This document shows, one piece after another, positions 11,966-22,484 of a stretch of 64,000 bases of DNA. Each line of letters begins with the position of its first letter. Position 1 is the stretch's first letter. Origin of the DNA: Podarcis erhardii (taxonomy: Eukaryota); NCBI GenBank assembly GCA_964252035.1, contig OZ176206.1; one strand, 5' to 3'. The position numbers and the translations under genes were made by a program. The notes under the pieces are model-generated. The model saw nothing but the letters and a program-made list of their open reading frames with translations, was not told where the DNA came from and ran no database searches.

Positions 11966-13900
11966 TAACAAAGGTATAAAAAAAAGAAACATGGAAAGGA
12001 AAATGTATTCCTTTCCAGTAGACCTGCCTTACCATTACAGTAGTTTCTTTCCCATGTTCTGGCCAGGTTCTCAAGATGCCCTGTAAGTACATGGCAATGA
12101 GCTGATGTGAGCACTATTTGTGTGCTTATATATCACTTGCAGTGCTGTACTAAATCCAATGCAAATCATGTTTATATAGTCCCAAATTTGTGGTGAGTGG
12201 ATATTATTTTTGGGTGTTTGGGGGCAGAAGGAGCAAGCTCTGAAATGCTGATTATTTGCATATTCATATCTTTCCTAACATTAGAAAGAAAATCCTTTAC
12301 AATGATGCCATTCTTCTGAAATCAGCAATTAAATCTGCATGGCTTGTAATTTGCATTAATTATGGTGTAGGTCCTGTATAATTGCACACTCAAGGAGAAT
12401 ATAGAATCCACAGTGAATTAAATTCATCTGGAAACATTGCTATGGGGAGACATGAGCTCTAATTATCTTGGTGTATTTTACCCATCAAAATGAATTATGA
12501 ACACTGGACTTTGTTCAAGAACTAAAATATGTGTACAATAAGACTAAAATCTCCCACATCCTTTTTAAGAGTATGGCTATGATTCTCAGGTGGCTAACAT
12601 CACTGGAGCAGAGGACTGTAGTTTGAGGGTTGTATTTTTAAATAGTTTCTTTAAAATGTTAATACTTTTTTGTTGTGTATTCTTTCTCCTTGTGTTCTGG
12701 ATTTCATATTGCTAACTGTCTTCTATGTGAGTTTATCCTGTAAGAGTTGTGTAAACTAACACACTAAAAGAAGTTTTATAAAAAAAGGTTTTTCTCTTTG
12801 CGGAAACAATATAACTGTAAGTTTTGTCCTGTACTTTTTGTGGAACTGCCCTGCCTTTGGTGAGAGGTGAAATCCTCAAATCATTTTTTTTAAAAAACCC
12901 TAATTTCTTTTACCTTTATATCATTCATACCCCAAACACATCAAATGATTGAACGGTGTTATATATACAGTAGTGTGTGTTGGAAAACTTGTCAGAAGAA
13001 GAGTGATGTTTGCTTCCTCACGTGTCCTTTGTGAGAATGAATTTGTGAGTGTTTTTGTGGGGTATTTGCACTAATATTTACAAAGTATATTTGTACCGGA
13101 AAGATACTTCTGGTTTTTAAAAAAGTATATTTATTTTTTTAAAATACTAAATACAAATAGTGAGTGAGATATTTATCTTGTGATCCGCCCTGAGATCTTA
13201 CAATGCAAGGAAGTATATGTCTAATAAATAAAATAAAATAAAATAAAAAATAAAATAGTAATAGAACAGATCTTTCTGTGAGTGATGGAAGTGTGTTTGC
13301 TTCTCAATTCTGATGGCCACTTTGTGTGTGTGTTGTTGTGTGTGTGCCTGTGTACTTGCCTGCCTGCCTTCCAGTGGCTTAATGGCCACCACAAGTGGAA
13401 GCTAGATGGCGCTCTTGATTTGTATTTTTTTGCATTGAAATGTCCGGGTTTGAACATTTATTTTTTTAGGGAGCAATTGCAAGTTAAGGTTGTGGTTGTT
13501 TTGTGAGGGGAAAACTGTATTCTGTGCATTACCACAATAGCCTGAATTCTGAATTATCAACAAACCATATTAGTGCTTCCGAACTATATGCCATAAATGA
13601 TTATTTATGAAATTATAACCAAATGGAATTGTACAAGCCAAGAGGCTACACGATCAGCCCTTTTTAAAGACCCCTCAGGCACACAGCACAGAGTCATGTG
13701 TTTTGTCCATTTGTTATATTAATGAATCTCAAGCAAAGCTAATACTTAAATCTTGTCCCTTCGAGGAGTTGAGAGGGTCAGCCCCATGTTTGCCTGCCTG
13801 CTTGTATCAATCTTCCTCACACCAGGCTGATTGCACTAAAAGATACAAGGTTCCCCAAGGTTACTTAGTAAAGCTAAAACCTGGTATTTCCCCATACACT

Positions 13901-14080
13901 TAAGAACATAACCAAGAGCCTGATGGACCCAGCCAATGGCCCACCTAGTCCAGCATCCTGTTCTCGCAGTGGCCACCCAGATGCCAATGGGAAGCCCGCT
14001 CCTGCAGTTTCCAGTAACTGGACTTCAAAAACATTCTGTCTCTGACTGTGGCGGCAGAACATAGCCATAGTGGCCAGTAG
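13901..14080 (-). mobile_element. CR1 3' end, first half of a CR1 split by later insertions
   Basis: taagaacata tail; ...catagccatagtggccagtag continues at 16312 as agtagccatagatagcc. Confidence 0.75.
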
Positions 14081-14184
14081 GGATTATGGGAAGGCTAGCA
14101 GAATTATCTGATGTGCTACTTTTTCTTCTGCACATAGCGTATTTATCTTCATACATTGCTTCTCCATATTTAACCACCACTACT

Positions 14185-15851
14185 TTTTTTTTTAAAATAA
14201 TATTTATTAAAAGTTTCCAATTATAACAATATAAAAAAACAAAACATCCAAATTTAAAATCTTATTTTCTGTAACATCTTTCCAGGACTTCCCCTCCCCT
14301 CCCCCTCTTATATTCCAATTCTTACAAATAAATTCAGCAATTTATTATCCCAAATTTCAACCTTATTATCATTAACCCAATTTAAAAATATTTTCCCATC
14401 TCCTAAGATCGACCTATTCCCTTCCACGCGTTCCCCCCTTTAATATACATAGTAGATTAAAATATAATAAAATATAATATAATTTTACACCCTTTGGATT
14501 CCAAATTTCCCTCCCCCTTTTCCTGGTTGCGTTCCCCATATTAATCAACATCTGATGTCTTCCTGGAGCTCCCACACTTATTTAAACCATAGTCCTTTAC
14601 CAGTCTTCTTTAATTTTAAATGTCCAATCTTGGAAGGAGTCTATCTCAAAAAGGCCCATTTTTTCCATCCAGATTTTTATATACTTGGGAGTAAAAACTC
14701 CAATTTTATTTCTTAAACCTTTCAAATCTGGATGTCCCAAATGTTCCCACTTCCAACTTTGTCCAATTCTTATTATTCTTGTTGTTCTTGTTAATCTCTC
14801 TCCTCTTTCTTTTCCTGTTTTCCTGCACAAATGTTCTAATTCCAAAAGCTTCTAAATTCCACTGCAGAGGCTCTGTTATTCAGGAACGAAACATAATGCC
14901 AAGTCCCTTCCATTCTTCAATAGATAAGTCTATTGTCTACTTTAGTGTGGAAACCTCTGTAGCCAAAATAGTGTTCCATTTCTGCAGTTTCCCAGGAGAT
15001 AAAAAGTTCAGTCAAATTCGATGCCAACAACTTGTAATATCCCTCGGCTCCTCTGGGTGGATTGTAATAACTCAGTTCCCTTCCAGATCACGTCCACCAG
15101 TCAAAGTAACTTAATATTCCTTGTTTTAAACATTTTGTATCCAATTTGTAACAAATATAACCGGCAAAGTCCTCGTAACAAAGTTCTCATTTTTGTTCTT
15201 CTGCTTTGACAGCTCTTTGACAGCTGTCAAAACCTCTCCTTGTCTTCTCCCGGCGCTCTAACTAAAGCGCTCCCAGGTTCCGGGGGGGGGGGGTTGCTTT
15301 TTGATTAAATTCCACTTTTCTCCTCCAGCTCAGTCTTATAATTTTCCATCGCGAAATTTCATAACTTTATCAAAATAGGGTTGCGCTCAATCTTAGATGT
15401 TAAGTCCTTTACTTTAGCTCCTCTACAACAGGTGGGGGGCTGACTTCCTTTTTACGCCTCCCCCGCTCGTTCCAAATTCTTTAAAAATTTCTCGCCTTTT
15501 TTTAATTCAAGTTCCGATTACTCACGGGTTATGCTTTTAAGTCCAAATTTCCAATAGAAGAAGTCAGCGCTCTCCGTCGAATGGCATGCGGCTTCGCTCG
15601 GCAGGGGAAGCGGAGGACTCAAAGCACCACCCCCCCCCGTCACCCGTTCCGCAGCCTTTAAAAAGGCTCCTTCGCGGGTCGGGGGGGGCTCAAAAGGTGC
15701 CAGCCGAGTCACCATGTCCATGGGTTTCAGCGCCCATGGTTTTTAAGGGTCCCCGTGTCGCCGGCGCGGCAGGACCCAGCCCCTGCCGAGCAGGCTCCCT
15801 CCGGAGCTCGGAGGGAGTCCGCCATTCGGCGATGGCGCCAACCCGGAAGTC
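14185..15851 (-). mobile_element. Non-autonomous L1-like retroelement with intact 5' end, no recognisable ORF1/ORF2
   Basis: 21-bp TSD ccatatttaaccaccactact at 14164-14184 and 15852-15872; poly(A) and AATAAA (14203-14208 on minus); CpG-rich 5' end starting GACTTCCGGG. Confidence 0.85.
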
Positions 15852-15882
15852 CCATATTTAACCACCACTACTGAGAAGACCA

Positions 15883-16229
15883 GGGACGTGGGTGGCACTG
15901 TGGGTTGAACCACAGAGCCTAGGGCTTGCCGATTGGAAGGTCGGCGGTTCAAATCCCCGCGATGGGGCGAGCTCCCTTTGCTCGGTCCCTGCTCCTGCCA
16001 ACCTAGCAGTTCGAAAGCACGCAGTGCAAGTAGATAAATAGGTACCACTCTGGCAGGAAGGTAAATGGTGATTTCTGTGCGCTGCTCTGGTTCCCCAGAA
16101 GCGGCTTAGTCTTGCTGGCCACATGACCCAGAAACTGTACGCCGGCTCCCTTGGCCAGTAAAGCGAGATGAGAGCTGCATCCCCAGAGTTGTCCACGACT
16201 GGACCTAAGGGTCAGGGGTCCCTTTACCT
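15883..16229 (+). mobile_element. Sauria SINE, full length
   Basis: GGGACGTGGGTGGCACTGTGG head, B-box ggttcaaatcc, ctttacctt tail; 14-bp TSD tactgagaagacca at 15869-15882 and 16230-16243. Confidence 0.92.
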
Positions 16230-16311
16230 TACTGAGAAGACCAAATGCAAACTCAATGACTTGTATGATAATATTGGAGAGAACGACTTTGTCTGATCCA
16301 CCCAGAAAATT

Positions 16312-16691
16312 AGTAGCCATAGATAGCCTTGTTCTCCCATTAATCTGTCCAATGCTCTTTTAAAGGCATCCAAGTTGATGGCCATCCCTGCCTCTTGTGG
16401 GAGCAAGTGCCATAGTATAAAGGTGCGTTGTATGAAGAAGTATTTTCTTTTAACAGTATTGAATCTTCCAATATTCATCTACATTGGAGGTCCATGAATT
16501 CTAGTGGGAAAAACAGCTTTTCTCTATTTACTTTCTCCATGTCATGCAGCATAATTTTTAAAGCTTTTATGATGTCACCTCTTAGACACCTTTTCTCTAA
16601 ACTAAAAAGTCCCAAACTTTGATCTTTGTGGTTAACCTTTCCCAACAATACAATACCCTTTTCCATAGGTGGGGCAACCAGAACTGCACAC
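16312..16691 (-). mobile_element. CR1 ORF2 3' region, second half of the split CR1
   Basis: Minus-strand remnants LFSLEKRCLRGDIIKALKIM and IGRFNTVKRKYFFIQR match the CR1 RT C-terminus. Confidence 0.8.
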
Positions 16692-16943
16692 AATTTTCCA
16701 GTTGTCTACAGTAATCTTATCTAATAACTTTATTTTATATTTATATTTTTTACATAAATATATAGTTATTATACGTTACTAAATGAGATTAGTTATTAAG
16801 TTACTTGCTGATAAATATTCTACAGCCTTTTAAATGTGTCTGTGGGAAGCGGGATTATTGATTTGTTGTTTTGTTTTACTTATTTACTTGTTTTTATGTT
16901 CTCTTTTATTCTGTGAACTGCCCTGAGATGTTATGAAGGGTGG

Positions 16944-16945
<2 letters not shown>

Positions 16946-16989
<44 letters not shown>
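16946..16989. repeat. (AAT)n microsatellite at an L2-like tail
   Basis: Direct inspection; preceded by gtgaactgccctgag...gaagggtggtata. Confidence 0.9.
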
Positions 16990-17746
16990 GAGAATTGAGT
17001 AGGGAAACAGTTGGGTGCATGCAAAGGTTTCCCCACATCTGTGACTTTACCTTTCTCTAACAGCACTTTGGAGCACATCCTTTAGCACAGCTTGTAACTT
17101 GAGCAAACTTTTGCCACTGTGGCAGAAAATTGCATCCCAGCTTATGGTAGATGAGGCATAATTGCAAAAGTCGGTGCTTACGCTTTTGTTGTGGCCAAAT
17201 TGCGCCACATGTTTTTTGCAATATCATGATAGATTGTTAGAACGATGTCTTATGGAACTTGATGACTAATTTTTTTCTCATGACCTATATTTTCAACAGT
17301 AAACTTCATGGATTGCTCTACATATCTGTAACTGATAATAGAAGTGGGTGAACCAGAATAATTTGCCAGTGTGACAGTAGTTTTTCAGAACTGGGCATCC
17401 AGATTTTGAAGGACTTGGTTTCACACCTTCAAGGGGCTTTGCATACATACTGCACAATATGTAGAACAACTGATGATTACAGATGCAGTCTGCATTTTCC
17501 TTTTTGAGCTTGGTTTGCAGAAGCCAAGTACTGTTTAAAGGGATTGCTACTGTAATATTTACTCAAGGTTTCTAGTTATGTCAGAGGCATGTAGTAACAC
17601 CGTGTGACCATGTGGTGTGTCTTGGTATTTTTTAACAGTTGTGTAATGTATAAGCGCTTACTCTGATAGGATAAAGTACAGTTATACAATATATGGAATA
17701 TAAATCCTTCTGCATAATGCTTGTGGTGCTAGTATGATTGCTACAG

Positions 17747-17817
17747 CTGGCAGCTGCTCGTAGGAAGCAGGCGAAACTATTCCACAGAGACTCTGCTATC
17801 TGCCCTGGTATCTTGAG
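17747..17817 (+). other. Candidate non-coding 5' UTR exon of SLC23A2
   Basis: ctacAG acceptor and strong GAG|GTAAGA donor around 71 nt of non-repetitive, CpG-retaining sequence; weak polypyrimidine tract; no transcript evidence. Confidence 0.3.
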
Positions 17818-18166
17818 GTAAGATAGTCATTAACTGGCTGAAAGTTGTAGCTAATGTATGAGAAGTTCAGCTAGAGTATCTATATAGGTTATATGCTGAA
17901 GTTTTGGTCTTGAAAATATTACCACTTGAAAATTTGAATTTTCATAACTTGAAGTTTCTCCCCTCTTCAAGTTATGAAAATCCAAATTATCAAGAAGTTA
18001 GAAGTGTCAGTGTATTTCTGTGTCCTGAGAGAAATAAATCCAGACTAATCTTAAAACTGTTTCATGTGCATTGTTAATAGGGGTGGGGTTGCATAGTGTC
18101 TGGCTTGATTTGAAACTTGTCATGGCCATGAACTGACTAAATGGCCTTAGGCAAAAACTGCACTGT

Positions 18167-18600
18167 CATAGAATCATAGAATTGTAAAGTTGGAAGGGAC
18201 CCCAAGGGTCATCTAGTCCAACCCTCAACTAAAGCACCCATGACAGATGGCCACCCAACAATTGCTTAAAAGCCTCCAATGAAGGGAGTCCAGCCCTTCT
18301 GAGAGAGTCTGTTTCACTGTCAAACAGCTCTTACTGTCAGATAGTTCTTGCTGATGTTAGTTGGTGTCTTCTTTCTTATAGCTTGAAACCATTAGTTTGA
18401 GCCCTACCCTCCAGAGGTTGCCCGATCTTCTGTGTAGCAACCCTTTAGATATCTGAAAAGGGCTATCATATCTCTCCTCAGTCTCCTCTCTTCCAGGATA
18501 AACATGCCCAGCTCCCTCAACCATTCCTCCTAAGACTTGGTTCCCAGTCCGTTGACTACCTTGCTTGTCATCCTCTGCACACCTTCCAGCTTGTCGATAT
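18167..18600 (-). mobile_element. CR1 3' end
   Basis: catagaatcatagaat tail (reverse of the ATTCTATG repeat) followed by gttggaagggacc...ctcttccagg...ccagctccctcaacc. Confidence 0.85.
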
Positions 18601-19083
18601 CTAGTATTAGCTATCTAATCTGCATCTTGGGGGCAATAATATGAATCAAAGTTTACAAGATAATGTATGTGAAATGCTTTGAACAGACTAAAGTGGAGTG
18701 TCTGTTTCTGATGAGGAAAATGTAGTTCAGAATAAAGCTTTCAGTTTTGGAGATTTGGTGTCTTTTGTATCTTTATTGCTTGGCTTGAGAGGCTAATTGA
18801 AGTGCTTTGTTCAGGAGAAAACAGCTGCTTAAACTCCCCCCACCCACTTCGTTATTTTTTGTGATCCAGACAAAAAAGTGGCAGTACGTATGAACACCAA
18901 GCAAGAACAATTCCTTTCACTTTTCAGGAGATCATGTAACAATTAGAGCAGGAATTGAAATTTAAAACATGCATTTTCATTCTGAATGGACATATTTTTG
19001 CTGTCACAAACTGAAGGCAGGGCATTGCTCAAGCACAGCTATTTTCAGAAAGCATGATTTGGATAGGCTTGAACTGTTGGTAA

Positions 19084-19438
19084 GGGACGCAGGTGGCGCT
19101 GTGGGTTAAATCATAGAGCCTAGGACTTGCCGATCAGAAGGTCGGCGGTTCAAATCCCCACGACGGGGTGAGCTCCTGTTGCTCGGTCCCTGCTCCTGCC
19201 AACCTAGCAGTTCGAAAGCACATCAAAGTGCAAGTAGATAAATAGGTACCGCCCCAGTGGGAAGGTAAACGGCGTTTTCGTGCGCTGCTCTGCTTCGCCA
19301 GAAGCGGCTTAGTCATGCTGGCCACATGACTCAGAAGCTGTACGCAGGCTCCCTCGGCCAATAAAGCGAGATGAGCACCGCAACCCCAGAGTCAGCCACG
19401 ACTGGACCTAATGGTTAGGGGTCTCTTTACCTTTACCT
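19084..19438 (+). mobile_element. Sauria SINE, full length
   Basis: A-box TGGCGCTGTGG, B-box GGTTCAAATCC, tttacctttacc tail; 11-bp TSD aactgttggta at 19072-19082 and 19441-19451. Confidence 0.92.
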
Positions 19439-19467
19439 AAAACTGTTGGTATTGTGAATGCCAGCGC

Positions 19468-19517
<50 letters not shown>

Positions 19518-19540
19518 CGCGCGCGCTTGAGAGAGAGAGC
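19468..19540. repeat. Compound microsatellite (TG)n(AG)n(GC)7 tt (GA)n
   Basis: Direct inspection. Confidence 0.95.
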
Positions 19541-20147
19541 TTGCTCGGTGTACAGCATGGTGCTGCACTAGCAACAGTCACCACCACAGTTAAAGTGAAC
19601 ATTGGGATTCGATGGAGACAAACCAGAGACATGCCCCAGTGCAAGGTATTTGACCCTGAGTGCCACCTCTACTTAACAGCACAAACCTACAAGCATAACA
19701 TTTTGGGCTGAGCATCTTCTGATCATACGTGGACTTTAAAGTAATCAGAAGAGGCCCTTTTACATGTATGTGTCCTGCCCCCATCTGGGGCATGGCTGAT
19801 AGGAACACACAGAAAGGCTTTTTTGGGTTGGTGCACAAAGTTGGTAGAAATTCCTACCCAAGAGTTCCATGCTGACCCCTTGATTTCTTTGAAGCTTGAA
19901 TTTGTTTTATTCTGGGTTGTTGTATTTGTTGTAAACCACTTTGAGTTTTTTCTTTAAAATATATAGTATAGAAATGAAAATCATCATCATCATCAATTGG
20001 GGGGGGGGTGGCGCCTAGACATTCCATTGTGGTGACCATAACCTAAGTTTAAGGTGGCATTTGGCAATTAGCTTATATAACTGAGTTTCCAACACTGGTC
20101 TTAGCCAGTGGTCAGGGATGGTGGCTTTTATAATCCAAAACATATGG

Positions 20148-21578
20148 TTATATTATGAGGCCGCATGCCTTTGTTGGGTAAAAGATTGGATCGTTATCAA
20201 AAATAAAGAGTTGTTAGACCTAGAGGGGTTCAATTTAAGATTTGGATGGCATGCCTATCTATGGCGAGACAAGGGAAGGGTCCATAAAGGTTTTTCTAAC
20301 CATATCTTCAGAGGGCCACTACTGGAAGTCTGGGAAAGGAATAAAAAATTGCTGGAGCAGAAAACACCCTGGTGGCTATCACCAATTGATATTTTAACAA
20401 TTAAAAAATCAAATCTTGAGGGGGAACGGTGGACATATGAGGACCTACTAACCAAAACAGAATCCGGGTGGAGGATTAGACCATATGAAGAAATAAAAAA
20501 TAAGTTGACTGGTTGGATTCAATATCATCAAATAAATTCAATATGGACGGAAGACAAAAAGATTGGAATAAGTGAGAAAAAATCCAGATTCCAGATTGAA
20601 ATAATAGAAAGTAAAACAAAATTACTATCAAAAATGTACAACCAGTTGCTTGAGTGGGACACCAAGGACGAGGAAGTAAAGGAGGTGATGGTGAAGTGGG
20701 CGGTAGATCTAGGGTATAACATAGAATTTGATAAATGGGAAGCTTTATGGCGCAAAGATATGAATTATTCAGCATGCACGACACTCAAAGAAAACATGTA
20801 CAAGATGATGTACAGATGGTACATAACGCCGATAAAATTACATAAAATTTATAGAACAGGTGATAAATTGTGTTGGAAATGCAAGAACAAGGAGGGCGAA
20901 TTCTTCCACATGTGGTGGACGTGCGAGATTCTCAAAAAATTTTGGGAATCTATTTATAATGAATTTAAAAAAATTCTCAAATATACGTTTGTCAAAAAGC
21001 CTGAAGCCTTCCTGCTGGGGATAATTGGCAAGGATATCAAAGAAGAAGATAGGACCTTTTTCCAATACGCAACAGCTGCCGCTAGAACCCTCATAGCACA
21101 GTGCTGGAAAACACCAAAAATCCCAACATTAAAGGAGTGGCAATTTAAATTATTGGATTATTTAGAATTGGCAAAATTGACACAAAAAATAAGAAATCAA
21201 AAACGTACAAAATTTAGTAATGAATGGGATAAATTTAGAACATATATGGAAATAGAGATAAGGGGTACATCAAAATGTTAATCAGAAATATATATGTATC
21301 AAAAAAAAAAAAATCACAGTAGGCATGAAATAACGCTTACTACGTTACAAATGTCATTTTGGAATAGATACAGCAGATAGACAACTAAGATAACATTATC
21401 CGAAATCGAGATAAAGGGAAGTCGATCAATGTTGTTGTAAAATTAATGTTAAGTTGTGTTGTTTGGGTAGTATGTATTGTATGTCTTTTTTCTTTTTTAT
21501 GTTTGTTTTATTTACTTTTGTCTTTTGTATGTTTGTGAAATATACTTATGCAAAACTTAATAAAAATTAAAAAAAAAA
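20148..21578 (+). mobile_element. Young 5'-truncated L1-clade LINE with an uninterrupted ORF2 C-terminal frame to 21281
   Basis: 18-bp TSD ataatccaaaacatatgg at 20130-20147 and 21579-21596; CX2CX8HX4C knuckle at 20871-20924; AATAAA at 21559-21564 then poly(A). Confidence 0.93.
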
Positions 21579-21673
21579 ATAATCCAAAACATATGGAAGG
21601 CATCAGTTCAGGAAAAATGAACTAAACACCCTCTGCACTTTTGTTTGTGTGTGTGTGTGTGTACGTGTGTGTA

Positions 21674-21914
21674 CAGTGGTACCTCAGTTTAAGAACAGCC
21701 CTGTTTACGAATTATTCAGTTTATGAACTCTGCAAAACTGGAAGTAGTGTCCCAGTTTGTCAACTTTACTTCGGTCTAAGAATGGAATCCGAATGGTGGA
21801 AGGGCACCGGCGGTGGGAGGCCTCATTAGGGAAAGCACGCCTTGGTTTAAGAACAATTTCGGTTTAAGCATGGACTTCTAGAACAGATTACGTTCGTAAA
21901 TCGAGGTACCACTT
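21674..21914. mobile_element. Tc1/mariner MITE
   Basis: TA-CAGTGGTACCTC ... GAGGTACCACTT-TA. Confidence 0.85.
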
Positions 21915-21932
21915 TATATACATATATATACA

Positions 21933-22174
21933 CAATGGTACCTCGGTTCCTGAACAGCTTAATTGTCGAACAAATCAGCTCCCGAATTCTGCAAATCTGG
22001 AAGTAAGTGTTCCAGTTTGCGAATGTTTTTTAGAAGCCGAATGTCCAACGCGGCTTCCGCTTGAGTGCAGGAAGCTCCTGCAGCCAATCAGAAGCTGAAC
22101 CCTGGTTTTCAAGCGGTTGTGGGAGTCAAATAGACTCCCACAACGGATTAAGGTTGAGAACCAAGTTACCACTT
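21933..22174. mobile_element. Tc1/mariner MITE, related family, older
   Basis: CAATGGTACCTC ... AAGTTACCACTT-TA, degraded TIRs. Confidence 0.75.
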
Positions 22175-22402
22175 TACATGAATTGTGGTATAGATGCAGT
22201 GTGCTGTGCATATAATGAAAATAGATGGTGATGGTGAGTTTAATAAACAACAATCCCCCACCCCTGAATGACTTTGTCTTGACCAGGAATGCCCTGAATC
22301 TTTCTAGTTACAGATAGGTAGCCGTGTTGGTCTGCCATAGTCAAAACAAAATAAAAAAATTCCTTCCAGTAGCACCTTAAAGACCAACTAAGTTAGTTCT
22401 TG

Positions 22403-22440
22403 GTATGAGCTTTCGTGTGCATGCACACTTCTTCAGATAC
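22403..22440 (-). ncRNA. Minimal type I hammerhead ribozyme motif, intact core
   Basis: Minus strand reads GUAU-CUGAAGA-A-GUGUG CAUG CACAC-GAAA-GCUC-AUAC. Stem I is GUAU/AUAC, stem II is 5 bp, stem III is the palindrome AGCU, and the CUC cleavage triplet is present. Confidence 0.8.
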
Positions 22441-22446
22441 ATCTGT

Positions 22447-22484
22447 GTATCTGAAGAAGTGTGCATGCACATGACAGCTCATAC
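22447..22484 (+). pseudogene. Mutated hammerhead ribozyme copy
   Basis: GUAU-CUGAAGA-A-GUGUG CAUG CACAU-GACA-GCUC-AUAC: C11.1>U and A14>C relative to the minus-strand copy. Confidence 0.75.

Noticed and set aside
14836-15240. Degenerate minus-strand frame (…YEDFAGYICYKLDTKCLKQGILSYFDWWT*…EHYFGYRGFHTK…) as a decayed gene
   Set aside because: Four stops in about 135 codons is not clearly below chance and I recognise no family; needs a consensus from multiple copies.
19084-19160. tRNA gene (A and B boxes, GGTTCAAATCC), likewise in the other SINE heads
   Set aside because: No full cloverleaf or acceptor stem; these are tRNA-derived SINE heads continuing into SINE bodies.
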